Source: Thermoleophilia bacterium (GTDB lineage Bacteria; Actinomycetota; Thermoleophilia; Gaiellales; F1-60-MAGs149). From it: 36,504 nucleotides of DNA. The stretch is from positions 6,536 to 43,039 of the forward strand of contig JAEMTW010000001.1 of the NCBI GenBank assembly GCA_016462095.1, given 5' to 3'. The notes under the pieces are model-generated. The model did no database searches. It worked only from the letters and a program-made list of their open reading frames with translations, and was not told the DNA's origin. Of this stretch, positions 17,134 through 24,749 are shown in pieces (the first letter of the stretch is position 1; every line of letters begins with the position of its first letter). A program made the position numbers and the translations under genes.

Positions 17134-18684
17134 TCAGAGTGTGCCGGCGCTGATCGCCTCTGCGACCGTTGCGGCCCGAGCGCGAATCTGTGCCTGCTCT
17201 TCGGCAGAGAATCGCTCCCAACCCCGGGCGGCCTGCGCGGTGCGTGGGTTGGCGGCCAGGCGCGCATGGTGGCGAGCGGTGAAATCCCAGTAGAGCGTGG
17301 TGAAGGGACAGGCCTTGTCGCCGGTGCGTTGGCGCGGATCAAAGCGGCAGCCGCTGCAGTGCCCGGTCATGCGCTTGAGGTAGGCGCCACCGGCCGCATA
17401 GGGTTTCGTCGCCATCAGACCACCATCTGCGTGCAGGCTCATGCCGGTGACGTTCGCTTGCATCACCCAGTCGTAGCCGTCGGCGAAGCGCTCGCGAAAC
17501 CACGCATTGGCGGCCTGTGGCTCGGTACCGAGCAGGAGCATCAGGTTGCCAGCGATCATCAGACGATCGATGTGATGCGCCCACGCGTAGCGCTCAACAA
17601 TGTCGGCGACGTGTTGGACGCACGCGAGATCAGTGGTCGCCGCGCCTGTCAGGGCCGGGGGCACGGGGGCGTGTGCATCGAGCTCGTTGAGGGCTGCGTA
17701 GCCCGGCATCTCGCGCCAGTAGACGCCGTTGACGTACTCGCGCCAGCCGAGGATCTGCCGGATGAAGCCCTCAACAGAGGCCAGCGGGGCAGTGCCGGCA
17801 CGGTAGGCAGCCTCGGCCGCGGCAATGCATTCGCGTGGCTCGAGCAGACCGATGTTGAGGAGGGGCGAAAGCGTCGAGTGCCGCAGCCATGGGTCGTCAG
17901 GGTCACTGACATCTTCGAACGGACCGAAGCCCGCGAGACGTTGCTCGACAAAATCTGTCAGCCACCTGAGGCTCTCTGCGCGCGTGGTGGGGAGCCAGAA
18001 GTCCTCGGCTCGACCAGGCAGGCCCGGAGCGTGTCGATCGATGTCGGCCTGGACGGCTGCGAGCACTTCGTCGTTGTGATCAATTGGCGGAGGCGGGGTC
18101 GGCCGCGCGCGCTCGTCGCTGCGACGCCAGGCGGCGAAGGTCTCGCGGTTGTCGTGATCGAACGACCACTTGCCACCACACGGCTCACCGTCGTCCAGCA
18201 GCACGTCGTGCTCTCGGCGCATCCACGCATAAAAGTCCTGCATCCGCAGCCGGCGTCGCGCCCCTGCCCAGTCGGCAAACTGCTCGCGCCCACAGAGAAA
18301 GTGCGAGTCGAGAGTGGTCTGGATCGGGCAGCCGATCGCCTCAGCGAGCCGAGGAAGGTTGGCCTGTGCCTGCCACCCGGGTAGCTCCATCACGAGCACC
18401 TCGGAGGCAGCATGGCTGGTCACCGCGCGCTTGAGGGCCTCGGCGAATCCGACCTCGAGCTCGAGACGAAACTCGTCGACCTGCCAGCCGTCGGCGCGTA
18501 GCTGCTCGGCGAAGCGTCGCATGGCTGTCACTACGAGCGTGACCTTGTGGCGATGCAGGCGTCCGCGAAGGACCTGCGGCAGCGACTCGATCAGCACGAC
18601 GCGATCGTGGTCACGATCGGCGGCGGCGAGGGCGCTGTTGCGCAGTGATAGCTGCGTGCCTTGGATCCAAACGAGGCGAGTCAT
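17134..18684 (-). CDS. Fe-S cluster-containing cryptochrome/photolyase family protein (FeS-BCP; PhrB/CryB-type (6-4) photolyase)
   Basis: Photolyase-related fold with a C-terminal Cys set spaced C-x87-C-x2-C-x12-C (TDLACVQH ... HCSGCRFDPRQRTGDKACPFTTLYWDF). This equals the spacing of the four [4Fe-4S] ligands I recall for Agrobacterium PhrB (C350/C438/C441/C454). I place the start at the ATG at 18684, overlapping the fpg/nei stop as ATGA. The track start at 18777 is inside the upstream gene. Confidence 0.85.
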   Translation of the reverse strand: MTRLVWIQGTQLSLRNSALAAADRDHDRVVLIESLPQVLRGRLHRHKVTLVVTAMRRFAEQLRADGWQVDEFRLELEVGFAEALKRAVTSHAASEVLVMELPGWQAQANLPRLAEAIGCPIQTTLDSHFLCGREQFADWAGARRRLRMQDFYAWMRREHDVLLDDGEPCGGKWSFDHDNRETFAAWRRSDERARPTPPPPIDHNDEVLAAVQADIDRHAPGLPGRAEDFWLPTTRAESLRWLTDFVEQRLAGFGPFEDVSDPDDPWLRHSTLSPLLNIGLLEPRECIAAAEAAYRAGTAPLASVEGFIRQILGWREYVNGVYWREMPGYAALNELDAHAPVPPALTGAATTDLACVQHVADIVERYAWAHHIDRLMIAGNLMLLLGTEPQAANAWFRERFADGYDWVMQANVTGMSLHADGGLMATKPYAAGGAYLKRMTGHCSGCRFDPRQRTGDKACPFTTLYWDFTARHHARLAANPRTAQAARGWERFSAEEQAQIRARAATVAEAISAGTL

Positions 18685-19445
18685 GAGGTCTCCATGATGA
18701 CCTGCTCGTTGGGACACCAGTACGTCGTGCGTCCGCCGACGGTGGCGCGCTCGAGTTCGCAGCTGCAACGTGGGCACTGGCCGCCGCGTCGAGCCCGCGC
18801 GAAGCGGCCTCGACCCGAGCCACCCTTTGGTGTCAGAGCTTCGCGCAGGGCGAGCCGCAGAGACGACCGCAACTGATTGAGAGCGTCTGTCGACAGCGTC
18901 CCCGCGGGCTGTCGGGGATTAATCATCGCGTCGAACAACGCCTCGTCGGCGAGCAGGTTGCCCACACCGGCGAGTACCGCCTGATCGAGCAGGCGCGCTT
19001 TGATCGGTGCACGGCCCGCACCGACCCGCTTACGGAAGGCTGCGGGAGTAATCGTCAAGGCGTCGGGTCCGAGCTTGTCGATGCCGGCGCCGAGGTGCGC
19101 GCGCGACAACCGCCGCTTGTCGCGGAGAGCGACGCGCGACCCGTCGTCAAAGACGATCGTGATGCGGTCCCAGTTGCGTGGTGAGGGCTTCGGTGCACTG
19201 CGAATCGATCCGCCCATGCCGAGATGCAGTCCCAGCTCGTGTCCACTGTTGGTTTCGAGCCAGAGAAATTTGCCGTGGCGTCCTGCCGCGATCACGATTG
19301 ATCCGCTCAGCGCGCTATTAAGCTCGCCCGGTTCGTGTGGTCGGCAGACCCATTCGTCGTCATCCTCGACGTGAACAATGCGCAGCCCGACGCAGAGGCG
19401 CTCCAGCGTCCGGCGGGCCTTTTCGGCTTCAGGCAATTCCGGCAT
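18681..19445 (-). CDS. Fpg/Nei-family DNA glycosylase/AP lyase (formamidopyrimidine/endonuclease VIII type)
   Basis: Hallmark N-terminus MPELPEAE (catalytic Pro2/Glu3). H2TH region. C-terminal zinc finger (CPRCSCELERATVGGRTTYWCPNEQ). Confidence 0.9.
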   Translation of the reverse strand: MPELPEAEKARRTLERLCVGLRIVHVEDDDEWVCRPHEPGELNSALSGSIVIAAGRHGKFLWLETNSGHELGLHLGMGGSIRSAPKPSPRNWDRITIVFDDGSRVALRDKRRLSRAHLGAGIDKLGPDALTITPAAFRKRVGAGRAPIKARLLDQAVLAGVGNLLADEALFDAMINPRQPAGTLSTDALNQLRSSLRLALREALTPKGGSGRGRFARARRGGQCPRCSCELERATVGGRTTYWCPNEQVIMETS

Positions 19446-19505
19446 ACACGACCCTTCGCGCTGCGTCTTGCTGCGGCGCGAGGGCGGCAGCGTTTCGCAA
19501 CGACA

Positions 19506-19539
19506 GGCGACATTCTGGGCCCGGGCCCAAAATGTCGCC
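19506..19539. promoter_or_regulatory. 34-bp near-perfect palindrome (17+17, one mismatch) in the divergent fpg / flavoprotein promoter region; candidate operator
   Basis: The sequence is GGCGACATTCTGGGCCC|GGGCCCAAAATGTCGCC. The half-sites differ only at C19515/A19530. The centre is the perfect 12-mer GGGCCCGGGCCC. It lies 60 nt from the fpg ATG and 46 nt from the ATG at 19586. There is no flanking T-tract and no convergent gene, so it is not a terminator. Confidence 0.55.
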
Positions 19540-19585
19540 TCTCCTCATATCGCATCAAAGACAAACCCATGGCAAACTCGTGCCT

Positions 19586-20833
19586 ATGGCTGACGTGATT
19601 GTGATTGGAGCGGGCCTCTCGGGTCTGCGTTGCGCTGGCCTCTTGGCCGAGCGTGGCCTTGAAGTCGTAGTCGTCGAGGCGTCCGATGGTGTTGGTGGAC
19701 GTGTCCGCACGGATGCGGTCGATGGCTTCTTGCTCGACCGCGGCTTTCAGGTGCTGTTTGAGGGCTATCCGGAGGCACAGCGAGCGCTCGATCTCGAGGC
19801 GCTCGATCTGCGGGCCTTCCTGCCGGGTGCGGACATCTGGTGGGACGGGCGCATGCGCACGATCGGCCATCCGCTGCGCGACCCGCGCTCACTGCCCGAT
19901 GCATTGCGTGCTGGTCTCGGCAAGCCTCGCGACATTCGAGCAGCCGCCAAGTGGTTGCGCGAGGCGCGTCCGCTGGCCACCGCGACGGCGCCCGAGACGA
20001 CTGCCGACGAGCGACTGCGATCGCTGGGCTTCTCGGACGATGTTCGCGAGCATCTCTTGCGCCCGCTCTACGCCGGTGTGTTTCTCGAGCGAGAGCTCGG
20101 TGTCTCGAGCCGTCTCTTGGATCAGGTCTTCTTGCAGATGGCGGCGGGTCGCACAGTCGTGCCTGCCCGGGGCATGGGAGCCATTTCTGAGCAGCTGGCA
20201 GCACGACTACCCGCGGGTGCAATTCGTCTCAACGAACGGGTTGCAAAAGTTGGCAAGCGCAGCGTGACGCTCGCTTCGGGCGAAAAATTACGTGCGGAGA
20301 TCGCGGTTGTGATTGCCGCCGGCACCGACGCTACCTGCACGTTGGCGGGCGTCGAAGCACCTGCGCCCCGAGGCTCGACGTGCCTCTGGTTCGACGCGCC
20401 CGAGGCACCTGCAGGGCGCCGCATCGTGCTCGATGGCGATGGGGTTGGCCCGGTCAACAATGTCGCCGTGATGAGCGCGGTTGCACCGGCGTACGCTCCG
20501 TCCGGCCGTTCATTGGTCGCGGCATCCTGTGTTGGCATGCCGTTTACAGGCGACGATGCGGCTCTCGAATCGGCCGCGTATGCACAGCTTGCAGGTTGGT
20601 TTGGAGGCGACGTTGAGACGTGGCGCCTCTTGCGAACCGATCGCATTGAATGGGCTCAACACGCCCAGCCGCCTGGTTCGCTGAGCACCGGTGCGCATTG
20701 GTTGCGAGATTCCGTCGTGGTGTCGGGCGACGGTACCGAGAATGCTTCGATCGATGGCGCGTTGCGCGCGGGGCGTCGGTCCGCGGATCTCGTGCTCGCT
20801 GGTGTGGTCGCGCAACAGTCTGCGGTGTCGTGA
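19586..20833 (+). CDS. NAD(P)/FAD-dependent oxidoreductase, amine-oxidase / phytoene-desaturase-like family
   Basis: N-terminal dinucleotide fold (MADVIVIGAGLSGLRCAGLLAERGLEVVVVEASDGVGGRV) and a C-terminal FAD-binding block (VVVSGDGTENASIDGALRAGRR). The ATG at 19586 is in frame with track ORF 19337. The upstream part is Arg/Ala-rich and crosses the promoter. Confidence 0.85.
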   Translation: MADVIVIGAGLSGLRCAGLLAERGLEVVVVEASDGVGGRVRTDAVDGFLLDRGFQVLFEGYPEAQRALDLEALDLRAFLPGADIWWDGRMRTIGHPLRDPRSLPDALRAGLGKPRDIRAAAKWLREARPLATATAPETTADERLRSLGFSDDVREHLLRPLYAGVFLERELGVSSRLLDQVFLQMAAGRTVVPARGMGAISEQLAARLPAGAIRLNERVAKVGKRSVTLASGEKLRAEIAVVIAAGTDATCTLAGVEAPAPRGSTCLWFDAPEAPAGRRIVLDGDGVGPVNNVAVMSAVAPAYAPSGRSLVAASCVGMPFTGDDAALESAAYAQLAGWFGGDVETWRLLRTDRIEWAQHAQPPGSLSTGAHWLRDSVVVSGDGTENASIDGALRAGRRSADLVLAGVVAQQSAVS

Positions 20834-21981
20834 TGAAGGTTGTCGTCGTCGGTCTCGGGGCAATGGGCTTGCCGACCGCGCGAGTGCTGGCAGAGCGTGG
20901 CCACGACGTGATCGGCATCGATCGGCACGGCATCTCCGCACCCGCTGGCTCGTCGGCGGGCGAGACCCGCAGCTTTCGTCTCGCCCACGATCGTCCCGAA
21001 GACATCCGCCTCGCACGCCGTGCGCTCGAATTGTGGCGCGAGCTAGAGCAGCTGAGTGGTGAGCAGCTGATCGATCAAGTCGGCCTGATCCTCCGCGGAG
21101 AACCAGTACCGGCTTGGGTGACTGCGATGCGCGACGAGGGGCTCGCCGTTGAGGAACTCGATGCGGCCGGCGTTGAGCGCGTCTTCCCCGAGTTGGCGTT
21201 TCGCCCAGACGAGCCTGCAGTCTTGGTCCCTGCCGATGGAGTCGTCTTTGCGCGACGCGGTCTGGCAGCAATCGCTGCCGCAGCACGCGCGGCCGGCGCC
21301 GAGCTGGCGATGCCCGAACGGATGCTGGAGATCACCGAGACGCCAGCGGGTGTGCGCGTCACGACGGATCTGCGCGTGATCGAGGCCGATGCGGCAGTCA
21401 TCGCCGCCGGGCCATGGGCGGAGGAGTTGCTGCCACCGCTCGGCTTTAGCCTCCCGCTCGTCCCAGCGATTGGGCAGGTCTCGTACTGGCGTGGAGGGGG
21501 CACCTGGGAGCGCCGCCCGTCGCTGGTCGATTTTCAGGAAGACGGCAAGATGGGCGTCTACGGTCTGCCGACGCCGGGCAAGGGCTACAAGATTGGTCTC
21601 GATTATGGCGACGAGGCCGCCTGGTTTTCTGATGCCACCGAGTGGGAGCGTCGCGAATTTGAGGAGGAGTGCAACGGCGAGTGGGTTGCAACGCATGCGC
21701 CCGGCCTCGTCACGGATGGCCCGTACATGACCGAGGCCTGCCCGTGGACGATGACTCCGGATGCGGATTACACGTACGGTCGGCGTGGGGCGATCGTGGT
21801 CGCAGCGGGCTGCTGTGGACATGCCATGAAGTTCACGCCCGTGCTCGGCGAGATCCTTGCCGACTTGACGGAAGGCCGAGAGTTGTGGCCGGACGCCAAG
21901 GCTTTCGCACTCGAGCGGATCCCCGCCGAGATGCCGTTCACGCGCTACGACACGCCGATGGGTTCGCGCATCTCGCTCTGA
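20833..21981 (+). CDS. FAD-dependent oxidoreductase of the monomeric sarcosine oxidase / N-methyl-amino-acid oxidase (SolA/MSOX, DAO) type
   Basis: MKVVVVGLGAMGLPTARVLAERGHDVIGIDRH (GxGxxG), and near the C-terminus VVAAGCCGHAMKFTPVLGE, which resembles the MSOX ..SGHGFKF.. block. The ATG at 20833 overlaps the upstream TGA as TGATG. Confidence 0.8.
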   Translation: MKVVVVGLGAMGLPTARVLAERGHDVIGIDRHGISAPAGSSAGETRSFRLAHDRPEDIRLARRALELWRELEQLSGEQLIDQVGLILRGEPVPAWVTAMRDEGLAVEELDAAGVERVFPELAFRPDEPAVLVPADGVVFARRGLAAIAAAARAAGAELAMPERMLEITETPAGVRVTTDLRVIEADAAVIAAGPWAEELLPPLGFSLPLVPAIGQVSYWRGGGTWERRPSLVDFQEDGKMGVYGLPTPGKGYKIGLDYGDEAAWFSDATEWERREFEEECNGEWVATHAPGLVTDGPYMTEACPWTMTPDADYTYGRRGAIVVAAGCCGHAMKFTPVLGEILADLTEGRELWPDAKAFALERIPAEMPFTRYDTPMGSRISL

Positions 21982-22048
21982 CGATAATCGTCGGTGTTGG
22001 ATGACGGTGGCACGGATGTCTTGTCGTCGGCTGGCGAAATCCACCACA

Positions 22049-22708
22049 ATGCACGGCATGGAACGCTTTGCCGAACTCGCGCAGACCGATGCGCCGCACC
22101 TCGACGTGCTGGCGCTTGCGATTGCGAGTGAGCTACGCGAGGTCGACAGCGAGGCCGCGCTCGCCGAGCTCGACCGGTTGGCCGGCGAGGTCGTGCGTCA
22201 TGGCTTGGGGGAGACGCCCTACGAACAGCTCGACGCGCTGGCGGCCGTGCTTGGGCGGCACGAGGGCTTCGCAGGTGACGTCGAGGAGTACGACCATCCC
22301 AACAACTCGATGCTGGACCTCGTCCTGCAGCGTCGGCGAGGTCTGCCGATCCTACTCAGCGTCGTCTGGATTGAGGTGGGGCGACGGCTCGGACTACCCC
22401 TGCGTGGAGTTGGCCTGCCGGGTCATTTCGTGGCTGCGTACTTTGGCGAAGGCGATCCGATCCTGATTGACCCGTTCAAGAGTGGCGTGCGCATGCCCGA
22501 TATTCCCACTGGCGTGACTGTCGAATCGACCTCGACGCACCAGACCGCCCTCCGCATCCTCTCGAACCTCGTTGGCTCGTATGAGCGTCGGGGCGATGTT
22601 GGGCGGACGCTGATTGCTGCCAGAATGCGCCTTGATCTGCCGTTAGACGAGCGCGATCGCCGGGTCATGGAGTTTGATCACAAGCGCGTCTCTGCGCGTA
22701 TGAACTAG
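22049..22708 (+). CDS. SirB1/YchA-type transglutaminase-like protein (UPF0162)
   Basis: Core block RRGLPILLSVVWIEVGRRLGLPLRGVGLPGHFV matches my recollection of the family signature. The start is ATG 22049 or 22058. Confidence 0.65.
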   Translation: MHGMERFAELAQTDAPHLDVLALAIASELREVDSEAALAELDRLAGEVVRHGLGETPYEQLDALAAVLGRHEGFAGDVEEYDHPNNSMLDLVLQRRRGLPILLSVVWIEVGRRLGLPLRGVGLPGHFVAAYFGEGDPILIDPFKSGVRMPDIPTGVTVESTSTHQTALRILSNLVGSYERRGDVGRTLIAARMRLDLPLDERDRRVMEFDHKRVSARMN

Positions 22709-22751
22709 TCGGACATTCCCCCGACCCGCCGCGAACGATTAGGATCTCTCC

Positions 22752-24749
22752 ATGCATTCCTCCTACGCCCTCAACTCCGAGGATTTCGCTGTCGTTCGTG
22801 ATGGCGCGTCCGCTCCACTTGCGAGCCTCTGGCCCGGTGGTTACAAGAACGGTGATCGCTTCTGCGTGCTGATGGGAACTCCGATGGATGCGGTTGGGTG
22901 CTCGAATCTGATTGGTGGCACGAACACGCTGTTTTACGATCATCTGCGCGAGACGCGCGGCACGTCGAACTTCTTCCGCTACGCCGACACGTACATGATT
23001 GGTGTCGATTGCGAGCCCGGCGATTGGAACCAGCTCGACGTCTGGCCGATGCACAAGTTCGTCAGCATCATGTCGCCGACGGCCGAGTCGCTGATCCACA
23101 CGATCAACGATCGTCGGATTACGCATCTGGCGATTCCCGAGACGGGCATTCGCGTGCGTGGACCGGTCGTGTTGTCGACGTGGAACTCGTTCCTCGACAC
23201 CGTCAAGTGCATCGTGCTCTACAACCCGTTGACGGGCAAGGCGCGCGAAGCCGACGTCGGACTGCTTGGCAATAAGGTGATCGAGTCGTACGTCGAGCAG
23301 GCGATCTTCTCGACGCCGGGTATCGGCGCCGGTGCGCAGGCGCGCTATCGCCGCATTCGCCGCAATCTCGATCAAGAGCCGATGCGTTGCCTCGAGGAGT
23401 ACCGCACGCTGGCGAATCCCGCCGCGGCGCGCGCACTGCTTGGCGTCTCCGAGGTCTTGCCACCCGGCCACCAGCCGCCCGACCTGCGGCAGGCACCGAT
23501 CGTGATCATTCCCGTCGACAGCCCGATTGCCGCAGCCGACCAGGAGAGTTCGCCGCCGATTAATGCCGCTGGCATCACCGTCGTCGAGCCTCCCGCGCCA
23601 TTGCCGTCGACCGAGGGTCTTCGCAAGACGGCATTCGACGGCATCTTGCGTCGCTCTGGCGGCAACTTTGCGGAGTGGGAGGGCTGGTCGTGGATCTCCG
23701 ACTTCGGCGATCCCCTCAACGAGCATCACGCTGTTCGCGAGACCGTTGGTATCTGGGACGAGTCGCCGCTGCAGAAGTGGATCTTCCGTGGCCCCGACGC
23801 ACTCAAGGCTGTCGACTACTGCTTTGCCAATGACATGGCTTCGATGCAGGTTGGTCAGGCGCGCTACTCCTGCTTCCTCGACGAGCACGGCCGGATGCTT
23901 GGTGACGGTGTCGCCTTCAATACGGGTGATCCGGAAAAGGCGGGCATTCTCGTCGTGACGGCACTGCCGAGCGATGTCGACCAGTTCCGCCGCGTCTTGA
24001 AGCAGCAGGGCTTTGACGTTGAGGTGCTCGATCGCACGGAGGAATGGCCGCACATTCAGGTGCAGGGTCCCAAGGCGCGCGATCTGGTCGATTCGATGAC
24101 CGACTTCGATGTCGCCAGCCTCAAGTACTTCCGCTTTACCGCGGAGCCAATCACGATCGCCGGTATTGATGGCTGCTACCTGGCCCGCACCGGTTACTCG
24201 GGCGAGCTCGGCTACGAGATCTACGTGCCGAAGGGTGCCGCCGAGGCGCTCTGGCAGGCACTGCTCGACCATGGCGCCTCGCTGGGTATTCGCCCGTACG
24301 GCCTCGCCGCTGTCGAGTCGTTGCGCATCGAGTCGGGCCTGATCTTCCTCGGCTATGACTACTTCCCTGGCCTGACGTCGCCGTTCCATATGAATTTGGA
24401 GCGCACGATCAACTTGGAGACGGGCGACTTCGAGGGCAAGCAGGCGCTCGTCAACGAGTTGGCTGGTGGCATTACACATCGCCTCACGACCCTCGTGGTC
24501 GCGGGCAACGAGGCGCCGGATTATGGCGCTGATGTGTTCGTCAATGGTCGTGGTGTGGGCAAACTGCTGTCGCCGTCGGATGGTCGCTCGCCAAGCATTG
24601 ATCGTCTGATCGGCATCGCATGCCTCGAGGCCGACTTGGCCGAGCCGGGCAACCGCGTCGAGGTGGCGTTGCCGGATGGTCGTCTCGTGCCGGCCTACAC
24701 CGATACGTTCCCAATTTATGACCCCGAAAAGAAGAGGCCGCGATCATGA
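22752..24749 (+). CDS. Fusion protein: unrecognised N-terminal domain of about 270 aa, a Pro-rich linker, then an aminomethyltransferase (GcvT/DmdA-family, folate-binding) domain
   Basis: The ATG at 22752 has AGGA 8 nt upstream. The C-terminal 373 aa are GcvT-like (IWDESPLQKWIFRGPDALKAVDYCFANDM, ARTGYSGELGYEIYVP, PYGLAAVESLRIESG). The N-terminal part has normal globular composition (W, Y, C, H, N, K) but no motif I can name. The linker is PPGHQPPDLRQAPIVIIPVDSPIAAADQESSPPINAAGITVVEPPAPLPS. Confidence 0.85.
   Translation: MHSSYALNSEDFAVVRDGASAPLASLWPGGYKNGDRFCVLMGTPMDAVGCSNLIGGTNTLFYDHLRETRGTSNFFRYADTYMIGVDCEPGDWNQLDVWPMHKFVSIMSPTAESLIHTINDRRITHLAIPETGIRVRGPVVLSTWNSFLDTVKCIVLYNPLTGKAREADVGLLGNKVIESYVEQAIFSTPGIGAGAQARYRRIRRNLDQEPMRCLEEYRTLANPAAARALLGVSEVLPPGHQPPDLRQAPIVIIPVDSPIAAADQESSPPINAAGITVVEPPAPLPSTEGLRKTAFDGILRRSGGNFAEWEGWSWISDFGDPLNEHHAVRETVGIWDESPLQKWIFRGPDALKAVDYCFANDMASMQVGQARYSCFLDEHGRMLGDGVAFNTGDPEKAGILVVTALPSDVDQFRRVLKQQGFDVEVLDRTEEWPHIQVQGPKARDLVDSMTDFDVASLKYFRFTAEPITIAGIDGCYLARTGYSGELGYEIYVPKGAAEALWQALLDHGASLGIRPYGLAAVESLRIESGLIFLGYDYFPGLTSPFHMNLERTINLETGDFEGKQALVNELAGGITHRLTTLVVAGNEAPDYGADVFVNGRGVGKLLSPSDGRSPSIDRLIGIACLEADLAEPGNRVEVALPDGRLVPAYTDTFPIYDPEKKRPRS

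Noticed and set aside
16618-18384. 588-aa ORF on the plus strand
   Set aside because: It is antisense to the AlgH and Fe-S photolyase genes. It has no recognisable domains and a low-complexity Arg/Gly/Ala composition.
21043-22059. 338-aa ORF on the minus strand
   Set aside because: It is antisense to the SolA-like oxidase gene. No motifs.
22665-24479. 604-aa ORF on the minus strand
   Set aside because: It lies exactly antisense to the GcvT-fusion gene. Its translation is Arg/Ala/Leu/Asp-rich with no motifs. The plus-strand frame has recognisable GcvT motifs, an SD and a paralog. It is a typical high-GC shadow ORF.
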